Shown in pieces: positions 27,919 to 37,025 of a DNA stretch of 64,000 nt. Position numbers and translations under genes: made by a program. The notes beneath the pieces are model-generated. The model worked only from the letters and a program-made list of their open reading frames with translations, was not told the DNA's origin and did not search any database. The stretch lies in NCBI GenBank assembly GCA_965222615.1, contig CBDCUI010000007.1, positions 23,479 through 87,478 of the forward strand, written 5' to 3'. Each line of letters begins with the position of its first letter. Within the stretch, counting starts at the first letter, position 1. The stretch is from Gammaproteobacteria bacterium. Its GTDB lineage: Bacteria; Pseudomonadota; Gammaproteobacteria; UBA4575.

Positions 27919-28809
27919 ATGACAATAATGATTGATGAAAATACTAAAGTTTTAGTACAAGGTTTTACAGGGAAAATCGGAACCTTCCATGCCGAAGAAA
28001 TGCTTGAGTATGGTACTAAAGTTGTTGGTGGGGTAACGCCAGGCAAGGGTGGACAAACGCATATGGATTTACCTGTATTCAATACTATGAAAGAGGCCGT
28101 TGCGGAAACCGGAGCGGATGCCAGTATTGTATTTGTACCTGCGGCATTTGCTGCAGATGGTGTTATGGAAGCTGCGGATGCGGGAATTAAGACCTGTGTA
28201 TGCATCACTGATGGTATCCCTGCACAAGACATGATGCGTGTGAAACGTTATATGTTCCGTTATAAAAGAGAAGATCGTATGCGCCTTACCGGACCCAACT
28301 GCGCCGGATCAATTAGTCCAGGAAAATGTTTACTCGGAATCATGCCCGGTCATATTTATATGCAAGGAAATGTGGGTGTCGTTGCCCGCTCCGGGACACT
28401 CGGTTATGAAGGGGCTTCGCAGATGAAAGCCGCAGGAATTGGTATCACTACCAGCATTGGTATTGGTGGCGACCCGATTAATGGCTCGTCACATCGCGAC
28501 ATACTGGAGTTATTTGAAGCCGATCCTGAAACTAAAGCCGTTTTAATGATTGGTGAAATCGGCGGCCCTCAAGAAGCGGAAGCTGCTGAATACTTTAAGC
28601 ATCACATGAGCAAACCGTTAGTTGCTTACATTGCTGGCCTCACAGCACCGAAAGGTCGCCGTATGGGGCATGCGGGTGCAATTGTTTCTGGTAAAGGTGA
28701 AAGTGCAGCAGAAAAAGTGGAAATGTTAAAAGAGGCCGGCGTGACCGTTGCCCCTAATCCATCTGAATTAGGCTCAACCATGGAACGAGTAATGAAAGAA
28801 GTTGCTTAG
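27919..28809 (+). CDS. mtkB: Malate thiokinase small/alpha subunit
   Basis: VLVQGFTGKIGTFHAEEM, GPNCAGSISPG, the phosphohistidine loop RRMGHAGAIVSG, and an AGGAG RBS. It follows mtkA in the operon. Confidence 0.88.
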   Translation: MTIMIDENTKVLVQGFTGKIGTFHAEEMLEYGTKVVGGVTPGKGGQTHMDLPVFNTMKEAVAETGADASIVFVPAAFAADGVMEAADAGIKTCVCITDGIPAQDMMRVKRYMFRYKREDRMRLTGPNCAGSISPGKCLLGIMPGHIYMQGNVGVVARSGTLGYEGASQMKAAGIGITTSIGIGGDPINGSSHRDILELFEADPETKAVLMIGEIGGPQEAEAAEYFKHHMSKPLVAYIAGLTAPKGRRMGHAGAIVSGKGESAAEKVEMLKEAGVTVAPNPSELGSTMERVMKEVA

Positions 28810-28838
28810 GCGATAATTAGATCTAGGAGATAACAAAA

Positions 28839-29810
28839 ATGAGCAAGCTAAAAGTCATCGTCTCACGAGCCTGGCCTAAGGAGGTTGAAGCAACATTAAA
28901 AGAAAAGTATGACGTGCAACTTAATGAAAATGACGTTGCTATGACTAAAGATGAAATGAAAAATGCTTTAGGAAATTGTGATGCTTTTCTACCGACTGTA
29001 ACTGATCCAGTGGATGCAGAAGTATTAAGTGCGGAACCCTTACGTGCAAAATTTATCGGTAATTTTGGAGTTGGTTTTAACCACATCGATTTAGATGCTG
29101 CGAAAGCACGAGGTCTTACTGTTACCAACACACCAGAAGTACTAACTGACTGCACTGCAGATATTGCAATGACCTTATTGCTAACTGCTGCACGCCGTAC
29201 TAGCGAAGGTGAACGTCATTTACGTTCAAATTCATGGACGGGTTGGCGACCTACCCATATGTTAGCAACTAAAGTCACCGGTAAGACATTAGGACTTATT
29301 GGAATGGGGCGTATTGCTCAGGCCATGGCGCAACGCGCGCATTTTGGATTTGGAATGAAAATAATTTTTTCGGATCCATACCCTCCTCCCGCCGAAGTAA
29401 TTAAAAAGTTTAATGCGCAACAATGTGATTCCATTGATGAAGTACTGGCTAACTCAGATTTTGTTTCCATTCATTGCCCTGGCGGCAAGGACACCTACCA
29501 CTTATTAAGTGAAGAAAATCTTGCCAAAATGAAATCTACTGCTTTTTTAATAAATTCAGCTCGCGGCGATGTCGTTGACAACGAGGCCTTAATTGACGCA
29601 CTTAAGAACGGGGTAATCGCCGGTGCAGGTTTAGATGTATTTGAAGGTGAGCCAAACTTGGATGAACGCTTTATTGAGCTTGAAAATGCTGTGTTACTGC
29701 CGCATCTTGGAAGTGCCTCAACTGAAACTCGTGTGGCCATGGGAAATCGAGTGTTGGAGAACCTAGCAGCATTTGAAGCAGGCGAAACCCCAAGAGACAA
29801 ACTCGTTTAA
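28839..29810 (+). CDS. hprA: Hydroxypyruvate reductase / D-glycerate dehydrogenase (D-2-hydroxyacid dehydrogenase family)
   Basis: NAD fold GLIGMGRIAQAMAQRA, catalytic motifs LINSARGDVVDNEAL and LPHLGSAS, and an AGGAG RBS. The serine-cycle context supports the call. Confidence 0.85.
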   Translation: MSKLKVIVSRAWPKEVEATLKEKYDVQLNENDVAMTKDEMKNALGNCDAFLPTVTDPVDAEVLSAEPLRAKFIGNFGVGFNHIDLDAAKARGLTVTNTPEVLTDCTADIAMTLLLTAARRTSEGERHLRSNSWTGWRPTHMLATKVTGKTLGLIGMGRIAQAMAQRAHFGFGMKIIFSDPYPPPAEVIKKFNAQQCDSIDEVLANSDFVSIHCPGGKDTYHLLSEENLAKMKSTAFLINSARGDVVDNEALIDALKNGVIAGAGLDVFEGEPNLDERFIELENAVLLPHLGSASTETRVAMGNRVLENLAAFEAGETPRDKLV

Positions 29811-29939
29811 GCCCAGAAATGGGCTAAATATGCTCGTTTCGGGCATTCCAAAACTGCCTTACTCCCCCTATGATGGAAGGGGTCCAGTTATGGGCTCCTT
29901 CACACTACTCGACTAAAATTTAATTAGACTATCGATAAT

Positions 29940-32714
29940 ATGAATGACTCTTCTCCACTTTCTTGGACACAACTGACTAGAGTTGCTACGGGTCGCACAA
30001 TCATCGATCCGTCTGCTAGTTATGAAGACGGCCTCGTAGAGCTTCTTTATCAGCAATTTTTAAGTGTTATCCGCACTCGTCAACCGGATATCGAGGCGTA
30101 CTTGGAAGATGAGAAAGATATTCGTGACGTTACTGAATCACAAGCTTTATATGTACTTGAAGCTTATGGAATCTGGTATCAGCTTCTTAGCATTGCCGAA
30201 CAAAACGCAATGGTGCAGCAACGACGCCAAATTGAAAAAGAATACAGTCGCGATCGTGTACCAGGTACATTTGCTTATACTTTTTCTACGGCGGCACAAC
30301 GTGGCACTCAAGCACAAGAAATTCAAAAAATTCTGAACTATAGCTTCATTTGTCCAGTAATCACTGCACATCCAACCGAAGCCAAGCGTGTAACCGTTTT
30401 AGAAATTCACCGCCGCATTTATGTTTTACTCAAACAACTAGAGCTTGAGCGTTGGACACCACGAGAACGTGACGACTTAGCACATGAATTGCGTAACGAA
30501 ATCGACCTGCTTTGGTTAACCGGTGAAATCCGTCTGGAAAAACCCACGGTTGCACAAGAAGTAGCCTGGGGATTACATTTCTTTACCGAATCACTATTTG
30601 ATGGCGTAATGCAACTCTATGCGAGATTTGACCGAGCCTTAGAACAAGCTTATCCACATTTCGACTTTGAAGTACCACCACTATTTCGCTTTGGCACATG
30701 GATTGGTGGTGACCGTGACGGGAACCCAAACGTCACAGCCAAAGTTACTGCCTCTGCTATCCATGCTAACGCGAAGGCTTGCATAAAACGCTATCGGCAA
30801 AATATTTATGAGCTTGGTGCAAAATTAAGCATTGCCAGTCACTCAGTTACTATTCCTGAAAATTTTATGCAGGCATTGCAAAAGAAATTAGAATTCCATA
30901 GCAAAGCAGAAACATTTTCAAAACGTAATCCAGGAGAAGTGTTTCGCCAGTACTTACGGTGCATATTATTAAGTATTGATGCTACATTAAATAATCTAGA
31001 TAACCCTAACAAATCCACTATTGCTTATAAGCGCGCAGCAGACCTAGTAGCAGACCTGAAAACACTTGAGCAAGGTTTAGTTGAAGCCAAATGTGAACAC
31101 TTAGCAGCAAAGGATGTACGTCCTTTACGTCACATGGTGGATACCTTTGGTTTTCGTACAGCAAGCTTAGATCTACGTGAAAATACTACCGTTACAAATA
31201 GTGTACTTGCAGAAATTTGGCAAGTATTACATCAAAAAACTCACTTAGATCTTCCAGACTTTAAGTCCAACGAATGGAAAGAATGGATTTTACGCGAGCT
31301 AATGCAACCACTACGGGTAGTGCCACGAATTGACTATTTATCAGAACAAGCCCAATCCACATTAGCGATGCTTGAACAAGTTAAACATTATCAACGCAAG
31401 TTAGATCCAAAAACCTTCGGTGTTATTGTATTAAGCATGACCCAGACTTCGGCAGATGTGCTCGGTGTCTATTTGTTAGCAAAATATGTAGGTCTATTCA
31501 CAGATGCAGATGGATTAGAAGCGTGTCGAATTTTAGTGGTGCCCTTATTAGAAACGATTGAAGATCTGGAGAATGGACCTAATATCTTGCAAGAATTACT
31601 AGATCACGCTTTTGTTCGACGTACGATTCGAAAACATGGTGGCTGCCAGGAAATTATGGTCGGCTATTCTGATTCAAATAAAGACGGTGGGTTTCTTACT
31701 TCAAATTGGATCATTAGCAAAGCGCAATCTCAAATTCATGAAGCTGGCAAAAAATTAAATACACCTGTTTCTTTTTTCCATGGCCGTGGCGGTTCTGTTA
31801 GTCGTGGTGGTGCACCCAGCGGTCGTGCAATTGCTGCCCAACCTGTAGGTACCATCGATGGGCGTATGCGGGTCACAGAACAAGGTGAAGTGGTTTCTTA
31901 TAAATACGCTAACCGTGGCTTTGCCGAAGAGCAAATGGAAATCATTGCCGCAAGCGTTTTGACTCATACACTGATGTCAGGGAATGATCCTGCTTATCAA
32001 GTGAATGCGGAATTAGATGAAGCAATGGAAGCGCTCTCTGGTACTGCCTATGTTACCTATAGAAAATTTATCGAATCTCCAGGCTTAGTCGAGTTCTATC
32101 AGCAAGCTAGTCCGGTAGAAGAATTAGCGTTAATGAAAATTGGCTCCCGCCCGGCACGTAGATTTGGCGCAGCAACATTAGAAGATTTGCGAGCAATACC
32201 TTGGGTATTTGCATGGACACAGAATCGCATTTTAGTACCAGGTTGGTATGGTGTTGGCAGCAGCTTTGAACAGCTTATTAGTATACGTGGGGAATTTGGT
32301 AAAGATCTTTTACAACAGTTATATGAAAAACATTCACTGTTTAAATTAATTTTAGACGGTGTCGAAAAAACACTTTTGCTTGTTGATATGGAAGTTGCAG
32401 AAAAATACTCAGCGCTCGTTACTAACACAGATTTTAGAGAAAACATTTTCTCTAGCATAAAAAATGAATACGAACTAACGACAAAAATGGTTTTGCAAAT
32501 AACTGGAGAAGATCAGCTATGCGATCGATTTCCTAACTTTAAGCGACACTTTTACAGACGAAGTGATTCGTTAAACCAAGTAGGCATTGAGCAAGTTGAA
32601 CTAATAAAAAAGTTTCGTGACGATGAACCAAATGAAAAAAATATACAAGACGTATTGATTCCTCTGCTTTTATCCATCAACTGTGTAGCGGCAGGAATTG
32701 GAAGCACAGGTTAA
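29940..32714 (+). CDS. ppc: Phosphoenolpyruvate carboxylase
   Basis: 924 aa. VITAHPTE, FRFGTWIGGDRDGNPNVT, VGYSDSNKDGG, FHGRGGSVSRGG and the C-terminal NCVAAGIGSTG are PEPC signatures. Confidence 0.95.
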   Translation: MNDSSPLSWTQLTRVATGRTIIDPSASYEDGLVELLYQQFLSVIRTRQPDIEAYLEDEKDIRDVTESQALYVLEAYGIWYQLLSIAEQNAMVQQRRQIEKEYSRDRVPGTFAYTFSTAAQRGTQAQEIQKILNYSFICPVITAHPTEAKRVTVLEIHRRIYVLLKQLELERWTPRERDDLAHELRNEIDLLWLTGEIRLEKPTVAQEVAWGLHFFTESLFDGVMQLYARFDRALEQAYPHFDFEVPPLFRFGTWIGGDRDGNPNVTAKVTASAIHANAKACIKRYRQNIYELGAKLSIASHSVTIPENFMQALQKKLEFHSKAETFSKRNPGEVFRQYLRCILLSIDATLNNLDNPNKSTIAYKRAADLVADLKTLEQGLVEAKCEHLAAKDVRPLRHMVDTFGFRTASLDLRENTTVTNSVLAEIWQVLHQKTHLDLPDFKSNEWKEWILRELMQPLRVVPRIDYLSEQAQSTLAMLEQVKHYQRKLDPKTFGVIVLSMTQTSADVLGVYLLAKYVGLFTDADGLEACRILVVPLLETIEDLENGPNILQELLDHAFVRRTIRKHGGCQEIMVGYSDSNKDGGFLTSNWIISKAQSQIHEAGKKLNTPVSFFHGRGGSVSRGGAPSGRAIAAQPVGTIDGRMRVTEQGEVVSYKYANRGFAEEQMEIIAASVLTHTLMSGNDPAYQVNAELDEAMEALSGTAYVTYRKFIESPGLVEFYQQASPVEELALMKIGSRPARRFGAATLEDLRAIPWVFAWTQNRILVPGWYGVGSSFEQLISIRGEFGKDLLQQLYEKHSLFKLILDGVEKTLLLVDMEVAEKYSALVTNTDFRENIFSSIKNEYELTTKMVLQITGEDQLCDRFPNFKRHFYRRSDSLNQVGIEQVELIKKFRDDEPNEKNIQDVLIPLLLSINCVAAGIGSTG

Positions 32715-32734
32715 ATTTTACAAAAAAAATATTT

Positions 32735-33592
32735 ATGAAAAAACTTTTATACCATTTTGATACGGATCCAATCCCAAGTGTATTTGACTCCGTGGTAGCT
32801 TACGATGGTGGCGCAGATCACGTCACTCAACTTAGTGGTGTAAATGCAGAAAATTGCAGCGGCTTAGTTGAAGGAGCAATTTATACACGCGCACCTAAAG
32901 ACAAGAAAAACACTGCTATTTTCATCGGCGGCAGTGATTTAATCGCAGGACAAAACCTTTTTAAAGTAGTGCAAAGTCAGTTTTTTCAAAAATTCAGTGT
33001 ATCGGTAATGCTAGATAGTAATGGTTGTAATACCACTGCAGCTGCTGGTGTAGCACTGTTAAATAATGCATCATCATTAGCAGGAAAAATTGCCGTGGTC
33101 CTTGCTGGAACCGGACCCGTTGGTCAACGAGCAGCTGTTTTGCTTGCTAAAAGTGGCGCTGAAGTACGCTTGACTTCACGAAAACAATCTCGGTCCGTTG
33201 AGGCATGTGACGAAATGAAAGATAGATTTGGAGTTGACATGATTCCAATGCATGCAAGCGATACAGACTCAACAAACCAAGCACTGGATGGGGCTCATGT
33301 TGTATTTGCTGCCGCTAAAGCAGGCATTCAGTTACTTAATGCAGAACAATGGCAAAAGCACTCATCGCTTGAACTCATGGCAGATGTTGGCACCGCACAA
33401 ACATTAGGCTTTGAAGGCATTGATATGATGGACAAGGATACGATTCGACACGGCAAGAGAATATTTGGCGGCATTGGCATTGGTGCCTTAAAACTTAAAT
33501 TACATCGTGCATGTATTGCTAAGCTATTTGAATCCAATGACCAGGTTCTCGATGCCGAGACAATTTACAGTATTGCTCAAAAAATGGTGTAG
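32735..33592 (+). CDS. mtdA: NADP-dependent methylene-tetrahydromethanopterin / methylene-THF dehydrogenase
   Basis: 285 aa. FDTDPIPSVFDSVVAYDGGADH, MLDSNGCNTTAAAGVAL, VVLAGTGPVG and LKLKLHRACIAKLFES match MtdA of Methylobacterium as remembered. MtdB cannot be strictly excluded. Confidence 0.85.
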   Translation: MKKLLYHFDTDPIPSVFDSVVAYDGGADHVTQLSGVNAENCSGLVEGAIYTRAPKDKKNTAIFIGGSDLIAGQNLFKVVQSQFFQKFSVSVMLDSNGCNTTAAAGVALLNNASSLAGKIAVVLAGTGPVGQRAAVLLAKSGAEVRLTSRKQSRSVEACDEMKDRFGVDMIPMHASDTDSTNQALDGAHVVFAAAKAGIQLLNAEQWQKHSSLELMADVGTAQTLGFEGIDMMDKDTIRHGKRIFGGIGIGALKLKLHRACIAKLFESNDQVLDAETIYSIAQKMV

Positions 33593-33603
33593 TTAGTTTT
33601 TTA

Positions 33604-34761
33604 ATGAAAGCTTCACCAAAACTGCTTGAAATGATTGAGCAGCTAATTTCAATTCCATCGGTAAGCAGCACTCAAGCAGAATTTGACACCAGCAATCAAG
33701 CAATAATCGATTGCCTAGCAAACTGGTTAAATGACCTAGGCTTTCAAACCGAAATCATTCCAAGTTCTAAAGACAAAAGCAACTTAATTGCATGGATTGG
33801 CCCAGAAGATACTAAGGGAGACGATGGGCTTGTACTATCAGGGCATACAGATACCGTTAACTATGACCAAATAGGCTGGCATAGCGATCCCTTTAAGGCC
33901 ACTCATACCGATGACAAGTTATATGGGCTTGGCGCTGCCGATATGAAGTCATTTTTAGCAATAGCGATTGAAGCTGCGAAGGAATTTATCAATCAAGATC
34001 TCAAACAGCGCCTAACCATTGTTGCTACAGCTGACGAGGAATGCACCATGCAAGGTGCCCGCACCCTCTTTGAACGAGGCAAAAAACTCGGACGCTATTG
34101 CATCATTGGTGAACCTACTGAGCTAACTCCAGTAAATCAACACAAAGGCGTATTCATGGAATCCATTCATCTGCATGGACAAGCAGGACATTCGAGCAAT
34201 CCAAGTCTAGGCGTTAATGCCTTAGATGGCATGCGCGCTGTGTTAAATGAGCTGGAACTATTTAAACAAGGGCTTGCAAATAAATACACCAATCATGATT
34301 TTATCGTGCCCGTTCCAACACTAAATCTTGGACATATACATGGTGGGGATAATCCAAATCGAATTTGTGCTGAATGTGAGCTACATATTGATGTACGTCC
34401 TTTACCCGGCATGCAAATCGCCACCATTCGCAACGAGATCCATGAACGAGTAAGTAAGATTGCTAGTGAACTTGAATTGCGTTGCGAATTCACGTCTTTA
34501 TTTGAAGGGGTCCCGTCTTTTAAAACACCGAGTAATTCAAAAATTGTAGAACTAGCTAAACAACTAACAGGAAAACCGGAACAAGCCGTAGCATTTGGAA
34601 CTGAAGGCCCTTTTTTTAATGCCATGGGAATGGAAACCGTAATACTAGGACCTGGTTCGATTAATCAAGCTCATCAACCCAATGAATACCTGTCATTATC
34701 CATGCTCGATCCTACGATTAAATTATTACGCAATGTGATTCGTTCAGTTTGCATAGAATAA
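33604..34761 (+). CDS. argE: Acetylornithine deacetylase (M20 family)
   Basis: 385 aa, collinear with E. coli ArgE: IPSVSS, SNQAIIDCLANWLNDLGF, LSGHTDTV, GLGAADMKSF, EPT, QAHQPNEYL. Confidence 0.88.
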   Translation: MKASPKLLEMIEQLISIPSVSSTQAEFDTSNQAIIDCLANWLNDLGFQTEIIPSSKDKSNLIAWIGPEDTKGDDGLVLSGHTDTVNYDQIGWHSDPFKATHTDDKLYGLGAADMKSFLAIAIEAAKEFINQDLKQRLTIVATADEECTMQGARTLFERGKKLGRYCIIGEPTELTPVNQHKGVFMESIHLHGQAGHSSNPSLGVNALDGMRAVLNELELFKQGLANKYTNHDFIVPVPTLNLGHIHGGDNPNRICAECELHIDVRPLPGMQIATIRNEIHERVSKIASELELRCEFTSLFEGVPSFKTPSNSKIVELAKQLTGKPEQAVAFGTEGPFFNAMGMETVILGPGSINQAHQPNEYLSLSMLDPTIKLLRNVIRSVCIE

Positions 34762-34972
34762 TTTTATACTAGAGCGTTTACCCGCTTATCTTCTTTGCAT
34801 CTCTTTTAATCTAGTTTTTGATACCAATAAAGTATTACTTTTCATATATTTGGGCTTGATTGAACACAATCTTTTTCACAAGGATAATGAACTAATAGCA
34901 AAGGAATTGGGCATTTCTGCTCATTTAGAAAACGTGTCATTATTAACGGTTGAAAATAGTTGAGGAGGATTG

Positions 34973-35548
34973 ATGGAAAGCCTAATCGATGAACTTCATA
35001 ACGACCATATCAAGTGTAATAACGTCTTAGATTTGCTTGCTGAACAGCTCAATAAAATTCATAACGGAAAATCTGCAGATTATCGCTTAATGTTAGACGC
35101 GGTAAGTTATTTAGAAACCAATCTAGAATACGCGCTTATTCCCAAAGAAGATGTGATTTTTAAAGAATCAACTGAAAATTATGATATCGAAGAATTAAAT
35201 GACACTATCCAGCAATTTCGCTCAGAAAATCACGAAATCATGGTTTTAATTCATAATTTACGCAACTATATTGATGCCGCTTTAGAAGACAGTATTTTTG
35301 AAAAAAAACCTTTCGAACGACAACTAGAAAAATGTATCCAACGACAGCGGGAACATATGAATACGGAGGAAAATATTATCTTTCCACTTTTGAGAAAAAT
35401 AATGTCAGAGGAACAACTTAAAAAAATCAGTACAGATTTTGAATCCCAAACAAATATCATGAGTTCTGATAATACATCATACAAGTATACCGAATTTTAT
35501 CATCGCATTACCGACAACTCAGATCCAAACATACATAAGGCACATTGA
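34973..35548 (+). CDS. Hemerythrin-domain protein
   Basis: His/Glu-containing helices (LHNDHIKCNNVLDLL, ENHEIMVLIHNL, REHMNTEENIIFPLL) resemble the hemerythrin HHE cation-binding domain. ATG 34973 follows GAGGAGG; the ORF track starts at TTG 34970. Confidence 0.65.
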   Translation: MESLIDELHNDHIKCNNVLDLLAEQLNKIHNGKSADYRLMLDAVSYLETNLEYALIPKEDVIFKESTENYDIEELNDTIQQFRSENHEIMVLIHNLRNYIDAALEDSIFEKKPFERQLEKCIQRQREHMNTEENIIFPLLRKIMSEEQLKKISTDFESQTNIMSSDNTSYKYTEFYHRITDNSDPNIHKAH

Positions 35549-35656
35549 TATTATACTTTTTGAAAACTGCTCAAGGATATGGGCTTATTGAGTAGATACA
35601 AAGCCTCATGCAAAAATTACTAAAGCCAGTTTGCACACCATAAACTGGACAAAAAA

Positions 35657-35679
35657 AGCGGCATTAAATGCCGCTTTTT
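35657..35679. terminator. Bidirectional rho-independent terminator
   Basis: agcggcatt-aa-atgccgct is flanked by an A7 run upstream and TTTTT downstream. It sits between the convergent genes ending at 35548 (+) and 35696 (-). Confidence 0.8.
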
Positions 35680-35695
35680 ACTTAACAAAACATCT

Positions 35696-36091
35696 TTATT
35701 TTTTTTTCTTTTTAAATCGCTCAAAGCGCAATTTATAAATATTGCCTTGTGGCACCGCATCTTCTTCCACAATCAAGTCGTGTGACTTTTTCTTGTCTTC
35801 ACGTGTAGATAATATGCGCGCTTCCTCCTCGTCTTGACATGCTATCGGGTCATAATCCTGGTTGCGATAGTCTTCAGGTTCACATTTTCTAAATCCAGGA
35901 AATACTTTCGACTCATAGATGGTAATAGTCTCCATTTCAGTAGCTTGCTGTTTACTGGTTTCCCTATTTGCAGCTGGTGCATCTAAAACAATTTCTGGAG
36001 GCTCTTGTACATCACTGACTTCTTCAGCAAATACACAGCCAGGCCAATATATAATAACTAACAGTACACTAACAAATCTCTTCATACCCAA
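35696..36091 (-). CDS. Hypothetical secreted acidic protein with poly-Lys C-terminus
   Basis: 131 aa with a signal peptide (MGMKRFVSVLLVIIYWPGCVFA), an acidic body and a terminal FKKKKK. No recognisable family. Confidence 0.5.
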   Translation of the reverse strand: MGMKRFVSVLLVIIYWPGCVFAEEVSDVQEPPEIVLDAPAANRETSKQQATEMETITIYESKVFPGFRKCEPEDYRNQDYDPIACQDEEEARILSTREDKKKSHDLIVEEDAVPQGNIYKLRFERFKKKKK

Positions 36092-36149
36092 CTCCTTTAC
36101 TTTCTACAAGATTAAGCATATATGTATAACCTTAATACAAGCTTAGTCT

Positions 36150-36845
36150 CTATAACTCTGCATGTTTTCGCTTAGAAATTTCTTTATCAATTAATGCAAT
36201 GGCTTTTTCTAGCTCATCAGCCGAATAAATATTTTGTATCAGATATTTATCATGTTCGACTTTTGCATACGATTCATCTAATTCTTCACGATATCGGCCC
36301 ATGACGGTATTTGGATCTTTCAAGTCAGCAAGTATACGCTTATGAAATTCAGGGTTTTCATTAAATTTAAACATCATAGACATATAGACCGCTGAAAATC
36401 GAAAATCATACGATTTATAGTCATCTAATGAACTCACATTTTTACGTGCATTGCGTATATCTACATCAAATGTATTACTATAACCAAGTAACTGATCGCG
36501 AAATTCGCCTTGAATTTGATAATTCTCAACTAATTTGGGAATTACATGCACAATATTCAATCGCTTATCATCGTGTGCAAGAATAGTTTCAAGAAGCTTT
36601 TGTTTGGCTACCTCAGGATCATCATTTGCTTCTCGAATACGTTTCAAATCACGCTCGCGTTGTGCTTTCTCCACTTGTAATTGCTCCAAACTCAATGTAT
36701 CCATATTTTCCGGAGGCTTATAAAGCACCTCAACACGGTCCAGAATTGGTGATTTGATGGTTTCACCACCAGCCCAACATAGTGAACCCACAGCGACCAC
36801 CACAACGACTACTAAGCCCTTGAAAATAAGCTGATTTCTTCGCAT
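36150..36845 (-). CDS. Hypothetical membrane-anchored (single N-terminal TM) protein
   Basis: The ORF extends to 36881, but the likely start is M13 (MRRNQLIFKGLVVVVVVAVGSL...). The rest is charged and helical. No recognisable family. Confidence 0.5.
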   Translation of the reverse strand: MRRNQLIFKGLVVVVVVAVGSLCWAGGETIKSPILDRVEVLYKPPENMDTLSLEQLQVEKAQRERDLKRIREANDDPEVAKQKLLETILAHDDKRLNIVHVIPKLVENYQIQGEFRDQLLGYSNTFDVDIRNARKNVSSLDDYKSYDFRFSAVYMSMMFKFNENPEFHKRILADLKDPNTVMGRYREELDESYAKVEHDKYLIQNIYSADELEKAIALIDKEISKRKHAEL

Positions 36846-37025
36846 TCCTTGTTCCTTATGTATAAAATTCCACCAGTTCATTCATTGGTACTATCTAATG
36901 GTTTAAATCAAATTCATATTATATGGCTCTGATGACCACTAAGATAGCAAAGATTAAATAAAATAATTTATTAATTTTTCATTAACTTATCTCATAAAAA
37001 CCGAACCAAACCAAATTTACCACTA

